Origin: Yuukianura sp. NJ FZ-2021
Lineage: Eukaryota
Length of the DNA stretch: 64,000 bases
Assembly: GCA_046563655.1 (NCBI GenBank)
Contig: CM102285.1
Location: 6,324,001 to 6,388,000, forward strand
Direction: 5' to 3'
The stretch's first letter is position 1, and every line of letters begins with the position of its first letter. Of the stretch, positions 1-9,996 are shown in pieces. The notes under the pieces were generated by a model that did not search any database, had not been told where the DNA came from, and worked only from the letters and a program-made list of their open reading frames with translations. The position numbers and the translations under genes are program-made.

Positions 1-231
1 CGTTTGTGAGGAAATAACATCTTGGTGGTTTGATTTTGTTGAGACAATCGACTAAAACTGTCGCTTTTTTAATAAGCTCCAAAATATCCATTCTAATTTT
101 TATGCAGACGACTAAAATGGCTAACGACTGAAACTATATGAACACTGCTACAGAGCTTGTCAAATCCTTTCCAGCGGCTACAAAACTATTAATTTCCTTG
201 ATACTTTTATTTATGTTCTTCCATTTATATA

Positions 232-466
232 GAGGGTGTCCAAACATTTAATGCCCGCTGCCACCAAAGCATTGACTTAGAAAATTGCCAGCCTTTTGTA
301 CATTTAACCTTGACATTTACTTTCAGACCATCGAGCAGCATCAGGGATGACCCCTTGACCATGCTTAACATAAAAACCGGCAAAATCGTAATAAGCGTAC
401 GAGTTGCGCACAATTGCCTAAGTTCATGCTTTGGTGAACGCGTGCATCAAATCTTTGGACACCCTG
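232..466. mobile_element. Tc1/mariner-type MITE
   Basis: Imperfect ~27-bp TIRs (GAGGGTGTCCAAACATTTAATGC / GCATCAAATCTTTGGACACCCTG) flanked by TA on both sides (230-231, 467-468); no coding capacity. Confidence 0.75.
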
Positions 467-1018
467 TAGAGTCGACGTAACTAAACAAAAAGACACTATC
501 GCTTACTATTAGTAACGTACTTAGTTACCTTGCATATAATTATTACATACGATTTAAGTATAATTAATGTTTGCATTACATTTTATTTTGACACCCACTA
601 GCTATGTTACATACGAATGACCCAATAAGATTACCTATAATTATTACTATAAGTATTAGAGTTACAATTACAGAGAACTACAGTTAGCTTTTTATACATC
701 GTACTATTCGAATTCCCAATTATGATTAAATCCTAGTCCAAGTATATTTTAATTCAGAACTAGACTCTCATTTATTAGACACTTAATTCATGTGACAGCA
801 CTAATAAAAGCAAATCTCTGCAATTTTGTTTTAAAACATGAGAAACTACTAGCCTTTTTATATAAATTTAAATTATTCCATAACGTAATCGATTTAGCAA
901 AGCGATGAAACGTAGTACTTTCTTTGTTTTCTATCATGACAAATTGACTCGTTGCTGGTGACATTGGGTATAACCTAACCTTAAATAGAATACCACTAGG
1001 TAGTATTCGCACTACTAG

Positions 1019-1380
1019 GCACGGATGTTCCTAGAGTCCGGTGCTTATGAGGCCACCTTGAGACAGCTATCTGGTGGAGAAGCTATATATTACTACTTGC
1101 CCCTTCTCTGAGAAGAGAGGGACCCACTGCGCCGTTTTTGTGCAAAAAAGCTTTTTGTCAGGTTTCCTCTTTCCTCCCCTCGGATGCGAAACGAGGCCTA
1201 TGTTTCGGCATCAAGCGAGGGGAGGAAAGAGGAAACCTGACAAAAAGCGTTTTTTGCACAAAAACGGCGCAGTGGGTCCCTCTCTTCTCAGAGAAGGGAC
1301 AAGTAGTAATATATAGCTTCTCCACCAGATAGCTGTCTCAAGGTGGCCTCATAAGCACCGGACTCTAGGAACATCCGTGC
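1019..1380. mobile_element. Fold-back (almost fully palindromic) non-autonomous DNA transposon
   Basis: ~150-bp near-perfect inverted arms starting GCACGGATGTTCCTAGAG and ending CTCTAGGAACATCCGTGC; TACTAG duplicated at 1013-1018 and 1381-1386. Confidence 0.85.
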
Positions 1381-2202
1381 TACTAGGTAGTGCCAATGGA
1401 AATTTTGTTTGGTTGCCATGTGGAAGAAAAATGACGTCACTCACTGACAAATATAGGATTTCTGCCTTTTAGTGATGGTGTCCTATAGAAACCTGTAAGA
1501 CACATTTTGTTTACATAGATGCTAGCGGGTTCCAATTTCACAATTACGGTATTTTTTCAGCGGGTGACGTCACAAACAAAAATTGCGTTGGTTGCTAAGT
1601 GCGCCATTTGCAGGGGGTTGGGGTATTTATCAATATTTCACCTCAGTTTATAACAGGTGTTTTGTATTTCCCTTCCTGTTACCAAACTCTTACGACGTTG
1701 ACGTTTTACAAAAGTTTTGGTTAAAGAATTTGAGTGAATTTACATTCTTCTGATGCGGCTGCAAACTTTATTTGTTCAGTCGTCAGCCTTCGCATTGCTT
1801 TAATTACTTTCGGGACTTTCGTTTTAGATTTGACCGTCGTATCTTCCAACTGAATAACCATTTATTGAAACGTTGAATGTAAAATGTCTTGAATAATTAT
1901 TTTAGTTAAAAGTGCCACGCAATTTCTTTTAGTGCATTGTTTATTCGCTTATCCACTTGAATGTAGGCGCTTAAATTAATCCTAGAAATAATTTCTTTTT
2001 GATGACAAGTCCAAGTTCATCAACCTTGATTGTAAAACTTTTCTTTATTGAGTATCACCAGATGCTTAAAAGGATCGGTTTGTCCGCCCGTCCGCCCTGT
2101 CTAATTCCGACTGTTGTTTGAGCTCTAGCATTATCACAAAGCCGTTAGACCAGCGATAACGTGTTGGCTTGCGTGTCTTGACTGAGGCAGAGGATGCCCA
2201 TA

Positions 2203-4506
2203 TGTTTACAGAATTGACAGCGTCAATTCTGTTATTTTCTAGATTGTTAACCCCCTCTTTTGGTTAAAATTCAGTTTAATTTTAGACCCTCTTTTCGGTT
2301 TAAATTTTCTTCTTTTTGTCATGCGCACAGCCGCTCTCTCGGATTGCATCATCCTAAAGTTAACTACGCAGTTAGGTTAATTCTGTCTTTTGTTCTCTTT
2401 TCTGTCTCCTCAGAATCAATTCAGTGTCGTTTAGGAACTAGATCTGTACGGTAGCATGCCTCTCTCTAGTTTTCTGACCTATCGACCTCTTTAAATTAGC
2501 TAATTGTCCCTCTCAAATTAACGTTCTGTTAATTAAAATAAGGGTTAAAAGCCCTAATTTATTCGGAATTTCCGTTCTGGTTTTTGTCCGAATTTCATTC
2601 TTAAAAGTTCATATCTAAATGAACATAATTTTCCGAATAATCAAAAGTTCTCTCCCCTGCCTCGTGTTCAAGATGGCGGCCAGTGCCATATCCTAACTCT
2701 AAAAACATTCAGTGTTCCGAGAACTGGACTTCAATCAATCAGTGACTGTAAGTTTCCAGTTCATCATGACCGTCTTGGTCCGAAAGTTGACAGTGCAGCA
2801 GCTGATCTAACCCTTGACCTCGTCGTCCATCAGTGGGAAATCAACCGCCTCTCCAATCCACTCTTCGTCATCTCACATCATCGCTACTAGGAGGTAACTT
2901 TACATCATGTCACCCATGTGACCAGTCGTCACCTCCAGTACGACGGAAGTTACCATCCTCCAATTCGGACTCCATGTTCCGCCTCTCACTCCTCGACACC
3001 TCCAGTCAACATCAATTTTATTTTAATCAATCAATCCTTTTATTTGATTTGGCCGTTTGCACTATCAATTACAATTTTATTTTAAGAAATCAAATTCTTA
3101 ACATTCCAAGCCCTAGCAGCAAGTCTAGGCAGAAATCATGCCGGGATGACGACAAGTTCCAGTCTAATCACCATCTCATCTCTCTCTACTACCAAAGTGG
3201 TACATCAAGTGACCATCGTCGCTGACCACATCAGGTCAAACTCCTCTCTCCAGCGTTTCGATACCGTGGGTGTCACCATCAGCGTGCGTCCAGCAGTCCG
3301 CCCGTTGACTGAAAAGTGAGAGCTCCGCTACAACTGCACTCATCTCAGCCGAACGTCTCGATACCGTGAGTGTCACCATCAGTGTGCACTCATCAGTCCG
3401 CCCGTTGACTGAAAAGTTAGAGCTCCGTTCACCGCAACTGGATTTCCACCTCTAGGATTCCAGTCTCTTTCGGATCAATTCCGTCTACCGAACACCGCTC
3501 GTGTGTTCATTCGTCCCACTACTGGACTCGCTTCTTGGGGGCAGCAGCCAATATTCACTCCGCTTCCTTGGATGAACGTTGGACCTCACAAGAAACATTT
3601 TTCACCCAATTCGTGACCTTGGTGACCTCTGCCTCAAATCTTCCTTTTTTGGCCAGTGGAAACCAGACCAACCTCAGCATCATGCTCAAGACCATTTCCT
3701 CTACTCAAACCGAATGTCGCCGCTCGTGTGCTCTCTACAGGACCTCAACTGGACGGTTTGACCGCTACTCAATTTCAACTGGATTTCCCACTGCAGGCTC
3801 CAGTTACCTCATTCCATATCATGGACACCGCCCGTGCGTCCCATCACCCTCTGACGTCCTCTCATCGGACATTCATCTCTGCTTCCTACAGCATCTCAGG
3901 ACTAATTCTAAGAGTTTCTTTTCTTTCACAATTCGAGTAAAGTGAAAGTAAAATTTAAGGTAGAGTTAGCCTATCTCCTCCTCTAAATTGTAAGTTTCAT
4001 TCTAGCTTCAATTTTCGTAAACATTCGTTTTCTCTTTCAATTCAACGTCAGTTTGGATTTTGGTGGATTCCTAATCCACCAAGGCCGCCGAATGTTTACA
4101 GAATTGACAGCGTCAATTCTGTTATTTTCTAGATTGTTAACCCCCTCTTTTGGTTAAAATTCAGTTTAATTTTAGACCCTCTTTTCGGTTTAAATTTCCT
4201 TCTTTTTGTCATGCGCACAGCCGCTCTCTCGGATTGCATCATCCTAAAGTTAACTACGCAGTTAGGTTAATTCTGTCTTTTGTTCTCTTTTCTGTCTCCT
4301 CAGTCTCAATTCAGTGTCGTTTAGGAAGTAGATGTGTACGGTATCATGCCTCTCTCTAGTTTTCTGACCTATCGACCTCTTTAAATTAGCTAATTGTCCC
4401 TCTCTAATTAACGTTCTGTTAATTAAAATAAGGGTTAAAAGCCCTGATTTATTCGGAATTTCCGTTCTGGTTTTTATCCGAATTTCATCCTTAAAAGTTC
4501 ATATCT
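2203..4506 (+). mobile_element. Non-coding LTR element, probably a non-autonomous BEL/Pao derivative
   Basis: Near-identical direct repeats 2203-2625 (TGTT...AACA, 423 bp) and 4093-4506 (end interrupted by later insertions). The 1.47-kb interior has no recognisable gag/pol. A hairpin plus GGCCGCCGAA precedes the 3' LTR, as in the BEL element at 36.7 kb. Confidence 0.75.
3254..3445 (+). repeat. ~100-bp tandem duplication inside the non-coding LTR element
   Basis: CGATACCGTG(G/A)GTGTCACCATCAG...CAGTCCGCCCGTTGACTGAAAAGT(G/T)AGAGCTCCG occurs twice ~100 bp apart. Confidence 0.8.
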
Positions 4507-4873
4507 GTCCAAGGCCCGTAGGACGGGGGATTAGAGCTCTGGCTCTATCCTACTAACACCTTGGACGGGCGCGGGTTCGAGTCCCGGCGTCGCCGACACG
4601 AAAGTCGTTTAGTTGCAGTTGTGGAGGGGGGTCGTTTGCCGGTATGCGTACGATGCTGTTCCTGTCACTTGCCTGGAGCTGGCTGTGATATATGGTAGGG
4701 CCCTAGCCCGTTCAGCTCTAGCAGAAAGCCTTTTGTCCTTCCCTCAGAACCTCTTTACAACTATCTGACTGTACCACCGCCCCACCCCATAGGACCTCAA
4801 CCCAACCCAAAAATTCCCTAACCCTTGTTGATAGATAGATTATGCTAAAGTCAATAAATCCCGCAAAAAAAAG
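4507..4873 (+). mobile_element. tRNA-derived SINE inserted in the LTR
   Basis: B-box GGTTCGAGTCCC near 4574, A-rich tail at ~4865-4873, 12-bp TSD AAGTTCATATCT (4495-4506 and 4874-4885). Confidence 0.8.
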
Positions 4874-4884
4874 AAGTTCATATC

Positions 4885-7800
4885 TGTAGTGTTTTAGCGC
4901 TGTTCAGCGCTATTCTCAACCTCCCGTAAAGTTAAGTTTTCATCCCAGAGTGGCGGTTACTTTTGAGTCACCACCACTCTCTCTAAAACACATAGTTTTA
5001 GGCACTCAATGTCTGAGTGCCGCTCAGCACACACTTAAAATTAGCTTTAAGTTTAGATTAAATAAACCACTTCATTTATTTAAATTGGAATACACCACAT
5101 TTGGCGTGGCTAGTTAACCAATCAATCAGTCATCGGAAGAAGGCACAGCTACACAACAGACTCACGGTAATCACGGTTTTTTGGGTACGGTAATTGCAAT
5201 CACTTGAATTGACCTCTCCCCATATCAAACTCTTACCTCATAGTCTTTGTAAGTGCTAACTGATAAAATCTGAGGAACAGCATGTCGTCTGGTAGCTCCT
5301 CTAAAGCGAACGTCACTCCGACTCAGTTCGTGAACGTCATCGGCTCAGTTCCGTCCTTTGATCAGGACAAAGATGACTTCGACGACTGGACGGATCTCTT
5401 CAAGTTTTTCCTACTGTCCAACGGTATCGATGAAACGGTACAAGAGACCCGATGCAAAGCCGTCTTCTGCTCGTCTCTAGGGATGCGTACGTACACGCTC
5501 CTTAAGGATCTCCTTTCACCGGAGGATCCTACGTCAAAATCACTACAAGTGCTCATCGATACTCTCTCTAAGCACTTCAAACCTTCACCTAAGGTAATCT
5601 CCAAAAGATTCAAATTCGGAAAGAGGGTACAGCAACATGGTGAGTCTGTTGCTGAATTTTTGGCTGAACTAAGGAAATTGGCGACAACTTGTAAATTCAC
5701 GTGCTGCTTAGATACTCGCCTCCGTGATCAGTTCATTCTAGGTTTAGCCAATGCTGCTGCCCAGAAACAACTCTTTACGAGGGAGGACGATATCTCCCTT
5801 GCTGACGTACTCTCTCTAGCTCAATCGCATGAACTTGCAATTAAGTCGCAACAGCTGATTCGCGATGGGAACTCGGATCAGAAGGAGGAGAACGTAAACG
5901 CTGTTTTTCAACGGAAGGGTGGTAAAGGTCAATGGAAAAGTAAGTCAAAGCCGAAACCTAATAATGTTTCACAGGACAACCAGAAGAAGAATTGTCCAAA
6001 TTGTGGCTCCAGTAAACACTCTACCACCAAGGACTGTGACAAGAAGGACGTCGAATGTCACTCTTGCGGAAAAAAGGGTCACTTTGCCAAATTCTGTCGA
6101 TCCAAGGGCAAGTCAGTCCCTGCCCAACGTGACAATTCTGGACATGGGAAAGTTTCCAACATTTCGTCTGTCAACCACGTTCACTATGGGAAACGTAAGG
6201 AACTATGTGTAAGTTTAACTGTCAATGGTGTTCCACATTCTTTTGAACTAGACACAGGTTGTGAACACAGTCTCCTTTCCGAGGGTTTTTGGAAATCACT
6301 CGGATCTCCGACTTTGCAAAAGTCCAACCTCGTTTTCAAAGGATACCCGGACGTGACTTTTCGACCAATGGGTGAGTTGCCTACGACAGTCACGTACCAT
6401 GGTCAAAAAGTGTCACACCAATTTCCAGTGACAACTGGTTCTTCCCTACTTGGTCGTGACTTAATGGGAAAGGTAAAACTAAATTGGGTTGAAATTGGAA
6501 AAAATTTGTCTCATTGTAACCTTGTGCAAAATTTAACGTTGGAAGGTGTGCGAACTGAATTTTCTCAGGTTTTTGACAATCCAAGTGGGTCAGTCACGTA
6601 CTTCCGTGCAAAAATTGTACTCAAAGAGGACGCTCAACCGAGGTTCCTCAAGGCTCGTCCAATCCCGTTCGCACTGAGGTCAAAGGTCGACGAACAATTG
6701 GATCTTATGGTGAGTCAAGGCGTATTGACAAAAGTCGAGCATTCTGACTGGGCATCACCTCTAGTTTGCGTTCTAAAGCCCAATGGTAAAGTCAGAATTA
6801 CAGGGGATTTTAAAAACACTGTTAACTGTCAGTTGAACATTAACCAGTATCCCATTGCTCGTACCGAGGATTTGTTTAATTTGCTTTCTGGTGGACAAAA
6901 ATTCACAAAATTAGATGGCCCTGACGCCTTCCACCAGATTCCAGTAGACGAAAGTTGCAGGAAGTACCTGGTTGTAAACACCCACAAGGGGCTGTACCAG
7001 TACAACGTACTTCCACAGGGCATTTCGTCGTCACCCTCCATTTTCCAGGAATTTATGGATGGGCTGCTCACTGGAATTCCAAAAGCTGGTGCTTACATGG
7101 ATGACGTCATCTGCACGGGGCATGATGAGACAACCCACCTCAACACCCTACGCATCATCCTGTCGCGGATGCGAGACCGCAACTTTTTTCTGAAGAGGGA
7201 AAAATGTGAGTTTATGCGGGAAAATTTTGTTGGTTTCAGGTTGACGTCAGATGGAATTTGCGCATCTCCTAAACTAGTCGAGTCGATTATCGAGATGCCC
7301 CAGCCAACCAACAAAAAGGAAATGAGTTCATTTCTGGGTTTGGTAAATTTTTATCGTGGTTTTGTACCCAGTTTTGCAGAATTTTCAGCACCACTGTACA
7401 AATTGACACATGATGACGTAGACTGGAAGTGGACCAATCAACACACAAAGATTTTCAACCAGATCAAAAAGAAGCTGTCCTCTACAGAAGTACTCACCTT
7501 GTACAACCAGGATTTGCCCCTTGGGATTTCCTGCGACGCTTCAGGTATTGGTCTCGGGGTGGTACTATTCCACAGAATGGCAGATGGTAAGGAAAAGCCA
7601 ATTGCGTATGCGTCAAAAATCCTTACCAAAACTGAACAAAAATATTCTCAAATCGAAAAAGAGGCTTTCTCAATTGTGTTTGGTTGCAAAAAATTTTACA
7701 AGTACCTTTTAGGCCGCCACTTCACACTTGTGACAGACCACAAGCCTCTCGTCCACATTTTTGGCAAAAATAAAGCACTTCCGTCCTTCGCTGCGATTCG

Positions 7801-9435
7801 TGTGCATCGCTGGAGTCTGTTTCTACAACAATTCTCATACGACGTACACTACAGGAAGACGACGGAACACGGGAACGCGGATGCCCTTTCACGCTTCCCA
7901 ACTTCTGGTCATGACGTGACTTTTGACGACGACGACGAAGGTCTCGTCAACGCAGTGAAAGTTGCCACCGAATCCGTCACCATCACTTCCACAGAGATCC
8001 AGAGGTATGCGAAAAAAGATCAAATTTTGTCGCAGGTTTTTAGGTACATTCGTGACGGTTGGCCAGACAAAGTGGACAAAAACGACCCACTCTACCCATA
8101 CTTCCTACGCAAGGAAGAATTGACAATTGCCAGTAATGTTGTCCTATGGGGCATTCGGGTACTCATCCCAGAAAAACTCCGAGAGAATCTTCTCCAGGAG
8201 CTCCACTCGGCTCACACTGGAATCTTCAAGATGAAGTCTCTCGCCCGAGAATTTTTCTGGTGGCCAAAACTGGATTCCGACATTGAGCAAGTGACGAAAC
8301 GCTGCACACACTGCCGTGAGTCAGCAAAGGATCCACCACCAGCCGAACTTCATCCTTGGGAATTTCCCCAAAAACCCTGGCATCGTCTCCACGCGGATCT
8401 GGCAGGCCCATTCAAAGGTAAAATGAGGCTGCTGATCGTGGATGCACATAGTAAGTGGCCAGAGGTATTCTGTCTGAACAATAATACAACGTCTCATGCC
8501 TTTATCTCGAAATTTCGCGAATGTTTTGTGCGATTTGGAATTCCTAGACAGGTGGTAACAGATAACGGACGCCAGTTCACTTCAACCGAATTTGTACAAT
8601 TCTTGAAGTCGAAAGGAGTAAGACATACGACGAGCTCCGTTTACCATCCTAGGTCCAATGGCGAGGCGGAAAACTTCGTGAATACGTTCAAAAAGTCAAT
8701 TGAAAACAAAGGTGATTTGGACTATTTGGTGCAAAATTTTCTTTTCCACTACAGGATTACACCACACGTCACAACTGGAGTCGCTCCCTGCGAGTTACTT
8801 CAAGGACGTCGTCTACGTTCACTTTTCGATCTTCTCCGTCCTGACGTCAAACAGACTGTCTCGTCTCAACAGGAACGGCAGAAGTCAAATTTCGACAAAG
8901 GAGCGAGACACAGGGAATTTCACATTGGTCAACGGGTTTGGTTTAAATCATTCAAAAAAGATTATCCAAATGGTCATTAGGTGAAATTGTTGAATTCAAA
9001 GGCCCTGTAACTGTCGTTGTCCAGTTTGAGACTAGTAGGTACCGTCGTCACCAGGACCAATTACTCGACGCACGGACATCTCCGTTTTCGTTTCAAAATT
9101 CGGAGGAGGAGGAAGTGGCTCTGAACACTGCAAATCCAAAGCCAGTGACGTCACTAACTCCAAAGTCAACTCCAACGTCTAGTCTGACTCCAAAAACGCC
9201 AGTCAGAGTCCCGTCTCCTCACTCGTTTGCTCCGATTCTGACTCCGCATCTTCCTACGGAGTACTCAAATGCTGATTCCGAACAGTCATCGGAATACGAA
9301 TCCCCGGACGAGGACGACTACACTACGCCGTCCCCTAACCAAAGTCTGTTTGCATCCCCGGAAGCAACTCCAGCCCCTGCACCGACTCAACGTCGCACAG
9401 TTCTTCCGCGTGCCGCTAAAGGCAAGAAAAATTGA
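4885..9435 (+). mobile_element. Ty3/gypsy (Mag-like) LTR retrotransposon 1, 3' LTR missing
   Basis: Putative 5' LTR TGTAGTG...ACCACA (4885-5099) with AATAAA, followed by PBS-like TGGCGTGGC and a single gag-pol ORF; no second LTR copy in the window. Confidence 0.85.
5282..8980 (+). CDS. Gag-Pol polyprotein (Gag with two Zn knuckles, protease, RT, RNase H, integrase)
   Basis: 1232-aa ORF: CPNCGSSKH/CHSCGKKGHFAKFC, LDTG, YMDD, CDASG/YSQIEKEA, HHCC and DLAGP...DNG...EAE integrase. The C-terminus (KWSLGEIV...) continues in another frame after ~8960. Confidence 0.95.
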   Translation: MSSGSSSKANVTPTQFVNVIGSVPSFDQDKDDFDDWTDLFKFFLLSNGIDETVQETRCKAVFCSSLGMRTYTLLKDLLSPEDPTSKSLQVLIDTLSKHFKPSPKVISKRFKFGKRVQQHGESVAEFLAELRKLATTCKFTCCLDTRLRDQFILGLANAAAQKQLFTREDDISLADVLSLAQSHELAIKSQQLIRDGNSDQKEENVNAVFQRKGGKGQWKSKSKPKPNNVSQDNQKKNCPNCGSSKHSTTKDCDKKDVECHSCGKKGHFAKFCRSKGKSVPAQRDNSGHGKVSNISSVNHVHYGKRKELCVSLTVNGVPHSFELDTGCEHSLLSEGFWKSLGSPTLQKSNLVFKGYPDVTFRPMGELPTTVTYHGQKVSHQFPVTTGSSLLGRDLMGKVKLNWVEIGKNLSHCNLVQNLTLEGVRTEFSQVFDNPSGSVTYFRAKIVLKEDAQPRFLKARPIPFALRSKVDEQLDLMVSQGVLTKVEHSDWASPLVCVLKPNGKVRITGDFKNTVNCQLNINQYPIARTEDLFNLLSGGQKFTKLDGPDAFHQIPVDESCRKYLVVNTHKGLYQYNVLPQGISSSPSIFQEFMDGLLTGIPKAGAYMDDVICTGHDETTHLNTLRIILSRMRDRNFFLKREKCEFMRENFVGFRLTSDGICASPKLVESIIEMPQPTNKKEMSSFLGLVNFYRGFVPSFAEFSAPLYKLTHDDVDWKWTNQHTKIFNQIKKKLSSTEVLTLYNQDLPLGISCDASGIGLGVVLFHRMADGKEKPIAYASKILTKTEQKYSQIEKEAFSIVFGCKKFYKYLLGRHFTLVTDHKPLVHIFGKNKALPSFAAIRVHRWSLFLQQFSYDVHYRKTTEHGNADALSRFPTSGHDVTFDDDDEGLVNAVKVATESVTITSTEIQRYAKKDQILSQVFRYIRDGWPDKVDKNDPLYPYFLRKEELTIASNVVLWGIRVLIPEKLRENLLQELHSAHTGIFKMKSLAREFFWWPKLDSDIEQVTKRCTHCRESAKDPPPAELHPWEFPQKPWHRLHADLAGPFKGKMRLLIVDAHSKWPEVFCLNNNTTSHAFISKFRECFVRFGIPRQVVTDNGRQFTSTEFVQFLKSKGVRHTTSSVYHPRSNGEAENFVNTFKKSIENKGDLDYLVQNFLFHYRITPHVTTGVAPCELLQGRRLRSLFDLLRPDVKQTVSSQQERQKSNFDKGARHREFHIGQRVWFKSFKKDYPNGH

Positions 9436-9489
9436 CGTGGAAAAATGTAACGGTTAGTGTAAATAATTGTAAGATTAAATTAAGAACCC

Positions 9490-9920
9490 AGTCACATGGT
9501 CCAAGTTCCCAAGTTGGGGGCAGGTGAGGTGATGGGAGTAACCAATTATCTTCCACATCACTTTGTACTGAAGGACACCAGCTCCACTACCAAATTGAGA
9601 GTCGTGTTTGATGGCTCTGCAAAAACGAGCAATGGAATATCGCTTAACAAATGTGTAATGGTCGGTCCGGCAGTACAAAAGGACATATTCTCACATTTGC
9701 TCAATTTCAGGTCAAAGGCCATTGCTCTAAAGGCGGACATAGTGAAAATGTACCGTCGGTTTCTGGTTCACCCATTGGACCAAGACAAACAACGGATTCT
9801 CTGGAGAGACAGTCCGAAAGAAGAAATTTAAGAATTCAGATTGACTACAGTCACCTATGGCACAAGTTCAGCCCCATTCCATGCTGTCAGATGCTTAAAT
9901 CAACTTGTGCCAGAGGATGA
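9490..9920 (+). pseudogene. BEL/Pao reverse transcriptase fragment
   Basis: YLPHHFVLKDTSSTTKLRVVFDGSAK, ADIVKMYR, QRILWR and (past a stop) RLTTVTYGTSSAPF are typical Pao RT motifs. Confidence 0.9.
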
Positions 9921-9996
9921 CCGAACCCCCAGCTATCCCCTTAGGTTACTATAGCGTACACACACTGATTCTTAGATATGTATGAGTGAGGGATTC

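Noticed and set aside
1074..1332. ORFs of 80 and 64 aa
   Set aside because: They lie wholly inside the palindromic MITE; no protein motifs.
2260..4359. Duplicated short ORFs MVKIQFNFRP...
   Set aside because: By-products of the two LTR copies; non-ATG start, no coding signal.
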